The notes beneath the pieces were generated by a model. The model saw nothing but the letters and a program-made list of their open reading frames with translations, searched no databases and was not told where the DNA came from. A program made the translations under genes and the position numbers. A DNA stretch of 64,000 nucleotides from Xylographa opegraphella (Eukaryota), in assembly GCA_022813865.1 (NCBI GenBank), contig JALDZX010000015.1, positions 372,001 to 436,000 of the forward strand, given 5' to 3'. This document shows positions 49,001-62,563 of the stretch, one piece after another (position 1 is the first letter of the stretch; each line of letters opens with the position of its first letter).

Positions 49001-52000
49001 CATAGCGCCTCTATATGGGCTTCGAAGAGCACTGTTTGAGGGCTTCTCCATGAGCTTCTTGACGGTCCTGAATAAGGAATCGGAAATGCTTATTGTTCCC
49101 TTGATCAACGATCACCTGCTGGGTGCTCAGAAGAATCGTCGAGCATTGCTGAATCAAACGCCGCGATGCCCGACGAATGGGAAACGTTATGTACAGTTCA
49201 GACACTACTGGGTGGCGCAAGGTAATTGTGCAATTGAAGAGCAGCCCCAATACATCATCACTCCGTTCGTCGAAAGCAACCTGCTGAATTTGGTTCGAGC
49301 AACCTCAACGCGCCGGTTCCCTGTATTATTACAAGGACCGACATCTTCAGGAAAGACAAGTATGGTCGAGTATCTTGCAAAGCTTTCGGGCAACAAATTC
49401 GTGCGAATTAACAATCACGAACATACAGATCTTCAAGAATACATCGGGACTTATGTATCGAATTCTGAAGGACGGCTACAGTACCAGGAGGGAATATTGG
49501 TACAAGCACTTCGCGAAGGGCATTGGATCGTATTAGATGAGCTGAACCTTGCTCCTACTGACGTTCTTGAGGCGCTCAATCGTCTCTTGGATGACAACAG
49601 AGAGTTATTTGTACCGGAAACGCAGCAGATAGTCCGACCGCATGAGAACTTCATGCTCTTCGCAACCCAAAACCCTCCTGGTCTTTATGGAGGAAGAAAG
49701 ATACTCTCGCGTGCTTTTCGCAACCGCTTTCTCGAACTACACTTCGATGATATCCCGGAGAACGAGTTGGAGACAATCTTGCGCGAACGTACTCAGATAG
49801 CCCCATCTTTCTGCACCCGAATTGTGATTGTGTATAAGAGACTGTCCGTTCTCCGCCAGTCGGGACGGTTGTTTGAGCAGAAGCAAAGCTTTGCGACATT
49901 ACGCGATCTCTTTCGTTGGGCTTTGCGTGACGCCGATACTCGTGAGCAGCTTGCTATTAATGGGTACCTGCTTCTAGCCGAGCGAGTGAGAGATACAAAA
50001 GAGCGCCTGATAGTCAAGCAAGTAATCGAAGAGGTCATGAAAGTGAAAATCGATGATGAGAACATCTACAATAAAGCCCGAATAGGCACACTCGAGAGTT
50101 CAGACGTCGGGATTGTATGGACACAAAGTATGCGACGCTTATACATGCTCATAACACAGGCTTTGACAAACAATGAGCCGGTGTTACTTATTGGACCAAC
50201 TGGTTGTGGCAAGACCTCCATATGTCAAGCCATTGCCGATTCTATGCAGAAACGTATCCACATATTGAACGCTCATCAGAATACAGAGACGGGAGATCTC
50301 ATTGGTGCTCAACGTCCTATACGCAATCGCCCTTCACTTGAAGGTCAAGTCGTTTCGGATATTAAGAGTCTCTTTACCAATTACAATGGACCGGTTCCAA
50401 GCTCGTCAGATAGTTTCCCTACGTACGTTGAGTTTTATAACAGTCTTTCCACGGAGGTGCGGGACCAGATTCCAACAGAACTTCGACTGCGCATACAAGA
50501 AGGAATTGCGAAGGCAAAACAACTTTTTGAGTGGTCTGATGGAAGTCTTGTGTCTGCCATGAAAGCTGGTCACCATTTCCTCCTTGATGAAATCGCTCTC
50601 GCCGACGACTCTGTCCTTGAACGACTAAACAGCGTACTTGAGCCCAGTCGCACTCTACTATTGGCCGAGAAGGGTCCTCAAGGAGCGTTGGTAAAAGCTT
50701 CAGCTGGATTTCACTTCCTAGCAACGATGAATCCAGGAGGGGATTATGGCAAGAGAGAGCTCTCCCCTGCTCTACGCAATCGTTTCACTGAAATTTGGGT
50801 TCCAGCATTATCTGCTTCAAGCGATGTCCTCCAAATTGTAGAAGCTAAGCTCTTGCCGTCTCTGAAACGCTTCGGGCGGCCAATGGTTGAATTTTCGGCT
50901 TGGTTCGGTATTACTTATGACGAGATGGCAGCTCTTGCCTCCTTACGGCAGATTCTCGCATGGGTATGCTTTATAAACGAATCCGATATTCCAGACATCT
51001 TTACTTCAATCCTGCACGGAGCAGCTATGGTCTATATTGACGGACTTGGAGCAAACCCTGCTGCGCAGCTTTCAATTACACAACAGTCGATCGCTAATGA
51101 ACGCAGTGATTGCATAAGAAAGTTAACGGAGCTTTTTGGACATGATATGTCGTCTCTCTACGACGAAAAATTGAGCCTCGTCAGAAGTGAGGTGTCACTG
51201 ATGGTAGGCCACTTCACGATCAATAGAATCCAAGGTACTTCTCTTGAATCCGATTTCAGCTTTGAGGCTCCAACAACATTGAGCAACACAATGAGGATCA
51301 TCCGCGCACTGCATCTGAAAAAGCCCTTGTTGATTGAAGGAAGTCCTGGGGTTGGGAAAACCACCCTAATTTCTGCTCTTGCACGAGTTACTGGTATGCT
51401 GTTAACGCGGATCAACTTATCGGAGCAGACAGACATTATGGATCTATTTGGATCCGATGTTCCTACGGAAGGTCAAAGTGCAGGAAAATTTACTTGGCGG
51501 GAAGCTCCGTTTCTTCAAGCGATGCAAAAAGGCCAATGGGTCCTTTTAGATGAGATGAACCTAGCGTCACAGTCGGTTCTAGAGGGCTTGAATGCTTGTC
51601 TAGATCATCGTGGTCAAGTATACATACCAGAGCTCGATCAGACATTTTCAAGGCACCCTGATTTCGTCCTCTTTGCTGCGCAAAATCCTCATCGTCAAGG
51701 AGGAGGTCGCAAAGGCCTGCCAGCATCCTTCGTGAACCGATTTACAGTCGTGTATGCTGATCTTTTCACACCTACAGACTTATTATCCATTTGCAACCAA
51801 CTCTACCCTAACATATCAAGTACCAAAACTATGGCAATGGTAAAGTATGTCAGTGAGATAAGCAGCCTGACACAGAAGCCACAAACAGTAGCAGTGGCTG
51901 GAGCGCCTTGGGAGTTCAATTTACGAGACGTGCTTAGATGGCTTCATTTGTTGGACTCTCAGGAACGCCTCATGCCTGCTGGACATATTTCAGACTATGA

Positions 52001-55000
52001 GAGCTTCTTGTTTCTACAACGATTTCGCAGCCGTGCAGATTCTATAACTATTGGACAAAGGGTTTCCCCTCTTATTACAGATAAGAACAACCCTTATCGG
52101 AATCACTTCCAAAACGTCGGGCCCTTGTTCTATCAGTGCGGCCTTGCACTGCTTTCCAGAAACTTTAAGTCAAGACTTCAGCAATCTTGGAGTTGCCTGC
52201 AAGATATATCAATTCTGGAATCTGTGATGTTATGTGTACAGCAAAGCTGGCCATGCCTCTTAGTCGGTCCATCTGGCTCTGGAAAAACGTCTCTGATTCA
52301 ACACGTTAGTGGCATGACTGGGGCTGATGTTGTAGAGCTATCTCTCAATTCTGATATGGATACCATGGACCTTGTAGGCGGATATGAACAGATTGATATC
52401 CAACGTAAAATTTCATCCTTCCTCGAGAGGCTTCGAAATGTGATAAAGGATGCCCTTGCGACTCAACTCCTTGACTCTGTTGATATTTCAGTTCTGTCCG
52501 AGATGATTCAGATGGAAACCAACGACCTGGGGCTAATCTTGCAACTCTTAAACAAAAGCAAAGACGCCATAGGCACTGCAACAACGACAGAACTAGCTGA
52601 AGAGTGTCGTTTCTTGATCGAGCGGTCCTCTGTCGATAATAGAGCTCGCTTTGAATGGATGGACGGTATATTAGTTAAAGCTCTAGAGAGTGGTCAGTGG
52701 CTTGTTCTTGATAACGCTAATCTCTGCAGTTCTTCCGTACTCGATAGGTTAAATTCTCTTCTCGAACCTGGTGGCAGCCTAGCAGTCCACGAGCATCACC
52801 TGCACGATGGCTGTGCCAAGATCGTTCGGCCTCATCCAAATTTCCGGCTCTTTCTTACAATGGATCCACGATACGGTGAATTGTCCCGTGCAATGCGGAA
52901 TAGATGCATTGAAATTTTCCTTTGTACTGAAGATCCGCAAGGTTCACAAGTGAACCTGAGTACTTTGATGTGCGATTCGAAGATGTTTCGTTACAATGTG
53001 TTCGATTCTTTTGATTGGAATAGTCTCGAGAATGCTAGTGTCCGTGCACTAGCATTCGTCTGTGCATTTCATCTTACTCCTTTTGACATTTCTATATGTG
53101 ACAGTTGGTTACACCAGGCTAAAGGAGGACTCATAAGCATTCAGCCTAACAAGCTTGAGATTGTTAAATCGGCGTTCCATGTGGGCTTACGGCTCTCGAG
53201 CCAAAAGACAGCCGTATGTGCTGCTATTACGCAGCTCTACGAAGGATTGTTGGCTGGAGATTCTTTTCCCGTGGATTTTGCTCATATTCAGGTCAGTCGC
53301 CAGATATCTGGGAGAGATATAAGGTTGCTTGAGGGTTTGGCTGATAGCTTTTATGTACACAAGACAATACATCCATTAAACAACTCGCACTTACTGTCTC
53401 TAAGGCCGCAAATATACCCTCGTCTTATGTATCTTGCAAGTCTCTTAGAAACTCTAGTGGACTTAGAAACCTTCAAGGTTGACCTCTCAACAGTCGAGTC
53501 GTCCTTGCACAAGAAATCGGCTTCTGAGTTGTCTCGATTAGAGAGATCGATGGCGTCTATACGCATCCTAGCCTTCTCAAAGGATCAGACACAGCCTGTA
53601 GCAAACTTTCTTAGCCATACTCGCTTGTGCTTGGCGGACTGGGTTGAGGAGCAGGCATCGAATGTCACTAATAACGAGGCGAGTAATTTCTTATGCGAGA
53701 AGGACTTTTACAACGCTAATAGCCACCAGACTGACATTGGATTTCTCAAAGAATTTGTCTGCTATATTCGGGACGTCTTCGACGTTACCCAGTACAGCAA
53801 GCTTGACGATGGCTCTTTTACAACGTACCTCACAATTGGTAATGAGATCGTGGCTCACGCTGTCGAGCGTAAAACCGCTCATCGTCTAACAAGCACGATC
53901 AAAAAACTGCTTGACGTTTTCAAAGCCTCTTGGGAGTTGTCAAGCGGCTATGGTATGGAGAATTTGTGGAGAATGTTTGCGCCGCCTACAGCAACTAGCG
54001 AGCGTGAGCTCAATCTCGTTGTTCGGTTTGAGAACGTTGCAGGCCACTTCGACAGTATAGTGTGGCAATCTAAGCTACCATTAGACACGCTTGCGGAGTT
54101 GCGCGGCTCAATGATACAGCTGAAGCCTCTCGAGCAACAGGGTGATAAACATGTTGAACAAAGCCTGAAGGTAAGTCAAAGGCAGGTGTGGGTTTGACAT
54201 GTCCTCTAAATGTGGACAGGCAATCGAGGAGGCTATGGGCAGTGCTGAAAATAGTCTGGCTTTATCTATCGCGCCAACCCACCCGTACTTCTACACTGAG
54301 TTTGAGGGCCTTCGTCAGTATCATGCTCTTAGTCAATCTCAGACGTCCCCGGAAAGCTCTTATAAGCTGGATCTCCTTTCGTGTCGTCCGTGTCGATACT
54401 CGATCTATTTCGGCGATCCTTCCCCAGGAAGTCGTGCATTAGCACAAATCCATGACCTAATTGGCAATCCATCGAACGAATCTGGTTTGATACCTCTGAG
54501 AAATGTCTTGCCAATATCAATGCTGGGAAAGCTGTATGTGTAGCCATACTAATCTTAAAGAATGTTATTGACCTCTACAGAATAAAAATTAACGAGGTTC
54601 CATTGAAATCACTTGATTTACTCTGCCAGGAAATTAAGCTACTAGCACAGAGTACAGCTCAGTCGTGCCATACAGTATCAAAGAATCAGTATCACAAACT
54701 GAACAGCTGTCTGGCTCAGATCATGGAGAAATTTGTTGATGCTCATACCACGAGCCTAGAGGGTCAATCGCTAAGTGCTTACCATGAGTTTCTGACTGCA
54801 ATACAGGAGAACCCAATGACTAGCTTACAAAAACCGGTGATCGGAATACCAAAAGGCGCCCCTAAATCAGGGTCGGACGTACAGATGCAATTAATCTTCG
54901 ACACATATATTATTCCCTCCATAAGTGCCTTACGAGAAGCTGCCAGCCAGGAGGTCCATTTAATCTCAACAGCGAGAGCCTGGATACTCTTCTTTACTGG

Positions 55001-58000
55001 AGTTCTTCGTGCATACATACCTGATCGACCGTTTGACCCGGCTATGAAGTCAATGATAGAAAGTGATCGCTTCAAAAAACGGAGGACAGAGTTACAGACA
55101 CGACTAGACGCCCTGATAATGTTTGAAACTATATCGACAGGTGAAAACTCTAGCCCAAGGTGCGAGGCGGTGCGGCAGGAGCTACAAGCTCTTGGGGGTC
55201 AACCTGAAGCCTCCACAATCCTCAGGCCGGCTATTACAGAGCTTCCTCAGCTACAGGGCGAATTCACAAACCTCCTCAGCTCGATCATCCGAAAATCCCC
55301 TAGCATCGAGGACTTAAAAACGTTGGTAAAGCGTGACTCAGCCTCCATACGAGAATTGAATCTATTAAGAAAAAATATAGCACAGGTCATCCATCGACTG
55401 TCAGAAAATTTCAGGTCGTATGATGATATCACAAAGCCTGTTATATGGATGCTAGAAGGCCTAGACATCGGACTGAGTCTTGCACTTATGGTAACCAAGA
55501 AGCATGAGGAAGGTGATAACCTCGTACAGCGAATCTCTGAGTGTATTCCTTTCCTAGGCCTCCGTCCATGTTATATCAATCGGGTACTCGATTATGTCGA
55601 AACCGAACGCATCCAAGATACGTTACGAATGTCACGATTGAAGCTTGGTAGTATTCGGCGACAGGTCCTCGGCCGTAATCAGCATGAAGTATGTCGAAGC
55701 ACACTTGGGAGCTTTCAGTCCTATTACGAAGACTGGAAGCGCCGGTTGACAAAGGAGCAGAACAAATACTCGTCCAAGGTATCTCTATACCGTTATCGTG
55801 GAGCTGATGAAGAGAATGAAGATGCAAATGATGAGGAATTTGCTACTCTATTTCCAAGTTATGACTTGTCCCAACGTGAAACCATTGCAAACGACGGAGC
55901 TAAACCAAATGACGAGCAGGTTTTGGCGCAGCGGCTTGCTGAGGTTCATCAAGATTTCTTTACAAGCAACTCCAGTACAGTCAGTCAGATGCTCGCAATG
56001 GTTTCCAGAGCCACAAGTGACATGGTAGCGTCATGGAAGGATACTGGGAGCACATCTATATTTCCGATCACTCCTGAAGAGATGTTACCGGGGCTTATCG
56101 TGTCATTACATAAAACTTCTGAAGAACTACTACAACCGACACCATCTGGTCCTGGATACAACTTTTATGTTGACGCCAACTTGCCAGAAGTACGCCGATT
56201 GATCGCTCTCCTCGGACGGATTCGGGAAAGATTCAAGAGCATACAAGATCAATGGCCTGAGCATGCCACTCTAGAAGACGTACTTCGGACTTGCGAGTCA
56301 TTGCTCGAGTTCAGACATGTTGAACCTATCGCGAAGATTATAACGAAGTGTGAACAGCTGTATACTTTCATACACGAATGGCAGGTAGTAGCAAGTCGAG
56401 AGTTCAGCGCCACTGCCTTATATAATGAATTCACAGATCTACTAATCAGCTGGCGCCGCCTTGAGTTATCGACCTGGGCTGGCTTACTAGATATGGAGGA
56501 TACGAACTGTATCAAAGATGCCAAAGGGTGGTGGTTCCTAGCCTACGAATCGATCATTGCAGCGTCTCTTACATCAGCATCTTCTGGTGGGAATATTTCT
56601 GAACATTCGCAGCAGCTTATTGCCACTCTCGAAAATTTCATGCGGGAGACCTCTGTCGGTCAATACTCCGAGAGGATACAATTGATAGAAACATTCCGAG
56701 ACCATATCGGCATGCTCGCTATTGAGCTCCCGTCTCTTGGCGTTGTGAGGAATTCTCTCACCAACTTTCTCTCTTTTTACATTCGATTCCGAGCTCTCAT
56801 CCACGAAAACATCCTTAATGGACGCAAGGTTTTTGAGAAAGATATGAAAGAGATAATCTTGCTTGCAAGCTGGAAGGATACGAACATAACAGCACTGCGA
56901 GAAAGCGCGAAGAGGTCACATCACAAGCTCTTCAAAGTTATCCGGAAACATCGAGCTTTGCTGTCACAGCCAGCCGATGTCATCATCAAGCAGGGGATTC
57001 CAGCGTCATCAATGAAGTCGATAGTACATCACAACTCTTTTGATTGGGAGCCATTAAATGTAGATCCAGCAGCAGTTGAAACATGCCGCCAATGTCTACC
57101 ACAATGGGACCAGAAACCCAGCAGACTTGTCAAGCCGATGGACACTGTGCTGATTATGGGTCGATTAGCAGCAGAACCGACATCGATTTTTGACTACTCT
57201 CTATACATTGACTCTTTCTCGACTAACCTAACAGACACTATCAAAATTCTACAAAAAGAGACGCCTTCGCAACTTAATACCGAGAATAAAGATTTGGTGA
57301 AGCATCTGAAGTCTAGGAAACGCAAAGTCTTTGCAGACACCCTTAAAGAGATCCGAGATATGGGATTTAATTCCAATCCTGGTTTGGACATCCTTGCCAA
57401 TCAGATATCCTTGCCCGTGATCCTGAGTTCAACATCTGCGTTACAAAGCAGAGAATTTCCAAATGAAATCGGAAGAGCGGAATACTACTTTCACAAAACG
57501 CTTGAAAACATAATCGAGGTTCGGAAATCTGCGAGGCAACATTCTGAGGATCTCGGTCCCAGCGAGACATCGCGGAGTGTCGGATATTTAGAAAGCATTA
57601 CCTCTGTCCTGCTTAGACAGAGAGCTTCCCTAGCTCCTTCTCTGTCTCAACTACAGGGCTTCCAACGCACGATTGAGAAAATACAGAGCTTGTGGGCGCC
57701 CAGTCGTTACTCATTGCAGATGCAAAAGAGCCCAGGTACACAGCTGATATTGTCACTTGAATGTTGTATTAAGTGGCTTCCAGCGATCATCGAGGTCGGT
57801 GTAATTATTGTTAAGCGACACAATAGTCTCAGTGGCATCGACACCGTCACGGTATTGACTACTTTGAGTTTGTGGAAAGAGAAATATACAGTTCTTGCCA
57901 GTAGATTTGATCGACTTCCGAGCTTGCCCCCAGGGGTCTCATCTTCGTTACATGCAGGGCTTTTACAAGACTCAGAAACTGCGATTGATGAGTTCTCCAG

Positions 58001-61000
58001 AGAAATGCACACCCTCAAATCGCAAGCGCCTTTGATAGGCTTCGCAATAGATCAAATACTAATTTGGACAAACACGGATGGTCTTGCTGAACATAAGACT
58101 ACGAATGGTGTGTATTCTGCATCCTTGGCGAACATAGACCAAGCAGTCTCGACCTTAGTTGATACAATCCTTGTGGGCGTGCAACATCTACAGGAGACAC
58201 TAACAACACTCCCAAATTCCTATGAAGCAAGAGCATGGGTTCTTCTTGCTGATTCAAGTCGCGACAGAGGTCTCAAATTCCTGCATATTACTGAATTGAC
58301 CACCAAAATTGATCATGCGTTATCTCAACTTCAATATCTTTCCCAAACAGATTTACAAGATTTGAGAGGGGCTACAGCTTTGTTCCATATCGCTCTTCCA
58401 ATTATGAAGCAGTATGGAGCTATTTATAGTAATATACTTCGACGGCATTTGGAATTCCATGCTTCATTGTGCAGGATGGCGTGTATTCTGAGTGCATCTT
58501 TCAGACAGATTTTAGTGCAGGGATTCTGTAGCCCTGTAGAAAAGTCTGCTGCTGAAGAGGGCCGAACTGAGAAGCTCGAAGCAGGAACTGGTTTGGGCGA
58601 AGGTGAGGGTGCTGAAGATATCAGCAAAGATATAAAAGATGATGAAGATCTTTCGGAATTGGCGCAGGAAAGCCGAAAGGATAAGGGCGAAGAAGAAATT
58701 GAGGATGAAAAGGATGCGGTGAATATGGATCAAGATGAGCTGGAGGGAGAGATGGGGGAACCGGGAGAGAACGAAGAAGAAGATGGCAGTGATGCAGAAA
58801 GTGAAGCCTCAGAGGGTGAGATAGACGAAGAAGCTGGAGAAGTTGATGACCTTGACCCGTCCGCACTAGACGAAAAGCTCTGGGATGGGTCAGGAGAGAA
58901 CGCAGAGAGAGAGAAAGAAGGCGATCAGTCAAAAGGAAGAAAAGAAAACGAAATCGCTGCTCAAGACTCTGCACTAGGCCAGGACGATGCTGAGGATGAA
59001 GAAGGCGAAGACATTGATGAGACTGGTGCTGATGAGGGTGAAGACGTGAGACAAGAAGACGTTGAGAAAACAGATCCACATCTGCAAGAAGGGCAGAAAC
59101 TAGATCTCCCCGATGAGATGGATCTAGGTGAAGAGGCCCAATCAATCACAGACTCCGATGACGAAGGCATGAGAGATCTGTCCGATGTCGAGCAGGATAG
59201 ACTTAGTGAGAAAGATGAAGAAGACGATCAATCTGGTTCCAAAGAAGCGGAACTTTCAGACGTCGACATGGAGAATGACCAATCACAGCAAGAAGATTTT
59301 GACGACGCCCAGAAGACCGAAGAAGCCGCTTCGCCAGTGGATACAGAGCCCGAAGATGAAGGAGAAGTGGATGATCAGGGTCTGCTTCGTGATCGTGCTG
59401 AAAAAGAAGCTGTCGACGTTGAGAATGTTGCTCCAAGTGATGTGCAAGGTATCGGCGAGAGTGGCGACTCGCAGAATGATGCGAAATCTCAACCTGAGAA
59501 CACAGCATCAAGTGACAGACCGGCAGACTCAAGCACCGCCTTGAATGACAATTCTCAAGCCGAGGCTGAAGAAGGAGAATCCGGACCAGCAGAAGGCACT
59601 ACGGGGACTAACGACGCACCCCAAAACTCAGCACAAGATGGTGGTGAAGTCGAGGCGTTCAGAAAACTTGGAGATGCACTCGAGAAGTGGCACCGTCAGA
59701 GCAAACGTATCAATCAGTCCTCTGCGAACGATAAACGTAATCAACCAATACCTACGGAAGTTGATGGTGCTGAGCAGGACTTCGAACATTTGCCAGATGA
59801 AGACGCAGAAGCTGACACACAAGCACTTGGAGCGGCGACAGAGGATCAAGCGCTGGCTCTTGATAAAAGAGCTTTAGATGCTGAAATGCAGGATCAGCCA
59901 GCAGATTTTTTGCCAGATGAGGCTCCTGTAGAGGACCTCGATGAGGATCAAGCAATGGATGATGTCAATTCCGCATTTCCGGATTCACCAGACCTGGATC
60001 AGTCGCTCCGGTCAAGTGCAACCATTGGTGCGAAGGCTAATCAGCAAGATCCTCGAATCCAAGAACACTATAATGAAGCTCAGAATGAACAAGATATAGA
60101 AAACCTTGACAATGATCTATCGACAGTTCATCTAACGTCCCAAGCTGGCACATTGTCGAGATCGCCCGATGAAGCTCGACGCCTTTGGTCTCATTACGAG
60201 GGCTTGACTCGTGACCTTGCTTTTACTCTGACAGAACAGCTCCGCCTCATATTGGCTCCTACACTTGCAACCAAGATGCGCGGCGACTTTAGAACCGGAA
60301 AACGCCTCAACATCAAAAGGATCATACCCTATATCGCATCACAATACAAGCGTGACAAAATCTGGATGCGACGCTCTGTTCCCTCAAAACGTAATTACCA
60401 GATCATGCTCGCCGTTGACGACAGTAGCTCCATGGGTGAGAGTGGAAGCGGGCCGCTTGCTTTCGAGACTCTTGCTCTTGTCAGTAAGAGTCTGAGTATG
60501 TTGGAAGTCGGGCAGATCTCTATTGTAGGCTTTGGTAATGATGTCCATGTTGCTCACGAATTCGATCAGACGTTCTCGTCTGAGGCTGGTGTGCAAACAT
60601 TCCAGCAGTTCACCTTTCAGCAGACGAACACCAATGTCAGAAGACTAATCGCGCGGTCCATCGAACTGTTTCGCGACGCAAGGATCAAGTCTGCAAACAG
60701 CGGAGCTGATCTATGGCAGCTGGAGCTAATCATCAGTGACGGGGTATGCGAAGATCACGAATCCATCAAACGGCTGGTCAGGCAAGCACAGGAGGAGAGG
60801 ATCATGATCGTGTTCGTGATCGTGGACTCTATGAAGGGGGAGTCTATAATGGACATGACACAAGCGACATTCGAGCCTGATGAGGGTGGCGAGACGAGTC
60901 TGAAGATCAAGCGATATCTAGACGACTTTCCATTTGGATGTTATCTGATTGTGGGAAATGTGAAAGAGCTACCTGGCGTATTAGCAACAGCGCTAAGGCA

Positions 61001-61031
61001 ATGGTTTGCGGAAGTGATGGAATCAGAATAG
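46092..61031 (+). CDS. MDN1: Midasin (Rea1) AAA+ ATPase, ~4,900 aa (4 introns)
   Basis: Six Walker A motifs (GLPGSGKT, GETGTGKT, GPTSSGKT, GPTGCGKT, GSPGVGKT, GPSGSGKT), long linker, D/E-rich region, C-terminal MIDAS (VDDSSSM, IISDG). Introns 53292-53363, 53679-53729 (GC-AG), 54171-54219, 54534-54580. Confidence 0.98.
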
Positions 61032-61384
61032 GAGCCGAAAAGTGCTTCTCGATTTGAACTGCGGCTGGTTTTCATAGCGGGAGAATCTGGGTGAGAGCGC
61101 AAAAGTATTCCTCAAATTTGTAGCAGGGTTGGAAACTAGGTGAGAGCCAACGATGAATTCCAGATTGGGACTGCTGCGGACTTGTCTAGCGTATATTTAT
61201 GATTTCGCTTGCGGAGCAGACTGAATTGAAAGTGAGCAGGCACCTATATATGACACGATGATTCCCTCCAATCTCTTACCTTTCCTCATTGCACTGCTGA
61301 TCAAGAAGTCCACTTACACTTTTACTTCTTTTTTGATTACCCATACTTCATATCCTTCACCACACCGCCAGGACACCTGCCACT

Positions 61385-62227
61385 ATGGATCAAAACAACA
61401 ATAACCGCTTCGACGATGTCAATGTCAACGTCTACCGTGACGCTGACAGCAAAACAAAGGACTTCGGTGCACGCCCTTGCCCTCTTGCCCCTTGGGCCAA
61501 CAGCTCCCACCTCCCCTACACTCCGGCTTCTCACCCACCGAGTCCGAACCCAAAGGGCGCCGTCGGAGCCTGCGAAGCAGCACAGTCAGCGGCCCGCAGC
61601 TCAAACAAGCGTACTCGTTCCCCGGCAACCCTGCAACGGCTCCGCATCCACGCAACCCGGAGATCCGAGCTCGCTGTACCCCGGAGGACTGCCTCCAGCT
61701 CGAACGTGCCTGCCAGCGGTAGCTCCTTGCCCGCGGAGGGAGTCACAACCGAAGGACCCGACCCGCAACTATTTGAGTCTCGTGAAGCCGGCGTCCGGCT
61801 TATTGGCGTAGGCTTGCAACCCTTCGCAGCAGGAACGATACATGCTGGCGTGGTTTCCCTGGGGGAGGAGACCTGTCCCGACTATCTCGACGGGATGGTC
61901 GACTGGATGGTCGACTGGATGCGCAGCTATGTGCGGGAGAGAAACTTGGACAGGAGCCGGTGTGCGAGTTCTGTGGTTCGTGCCGCTGCTGCTATGGGGA
62001 TTGTGGTCACGCCTCCGAGACCATGTTCGCTGGCTTTCGCTCCTGCGCAGTGGCCGTGTAACAACGAGCGCGTGAGGCGGCCTCCGATGGGGAATGCCGA
62101 TGCTGTTTTGGGAATGTTCCTGCGGTCGCGTCCGCGTGTGCAAAGGGATAGGGGACAGCTGAGGAACAAAGCTGTGGCGCGGCGGGCGATGGTGCAGATG
62201 TTGAGGGACCGGCATCGCCGTCCCTGA
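61385..62227 (+). CDS. Orphan-like hypothetical protein (280 aa)
   Basis: ATG in an ACT-ATG-G context; TATATA at ~61245 and a pyrimidine-rich leader; uninterrupted ORF with an Arg-rich C-terminus. No family recognised. Confidence 0.5.
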   Translation: MDQNNNNRFDDVNVNVYRDADSKTKDFGARPCPLAPWANSSHLPYTPASHPPSPNPKGAVGACEAAQSAARSSNKRTRSPATLQRLRIHATRRSELAVPRRTASSSNVPASGSSLPAEGVTTEGPDPQLFESREAGVRLIGVGLQPFAAGTIHAGVVSLGEETCPDYLDGMVDWMVDWMRSYVRERNLDRSRCASSVVRAAAAMGIVVTPPRPCSLAFAPAQWPCNNERVRRPPMGNADAVLGMFLRSRPRVQRDRGQLRNKAVARRAMVQMLRDRHRRP

Positions 62228-62563
62228 GGCGTGGAGGGAGTGAGTGGAGGGCTGGGCGATGGATGATATTCATACGATTTTGGCACGCAGTTCACGGATT
62301 CAGGCGTCCGGTTCTGGGTAAGTGAGGCTTCAATGGCTCGTCCTTCTTGAATTCTTGTAGACTTTGACTTACGCTTAGTCTTTAATGTATATTCTAATGT
62401 ACGCCACTTCAAATTATCATTGATGTAAAAACTCGTGGACTTGGTATCATTGATGTATGACTATGCATACATGCATGACAGGCCGAACACTCTTTGGTAA
62501 ATTCGAGAAGCAATGCTTCGGTATCAAGTGTCAAGACCTACGCAGCAGCCATGAGACATGCCT

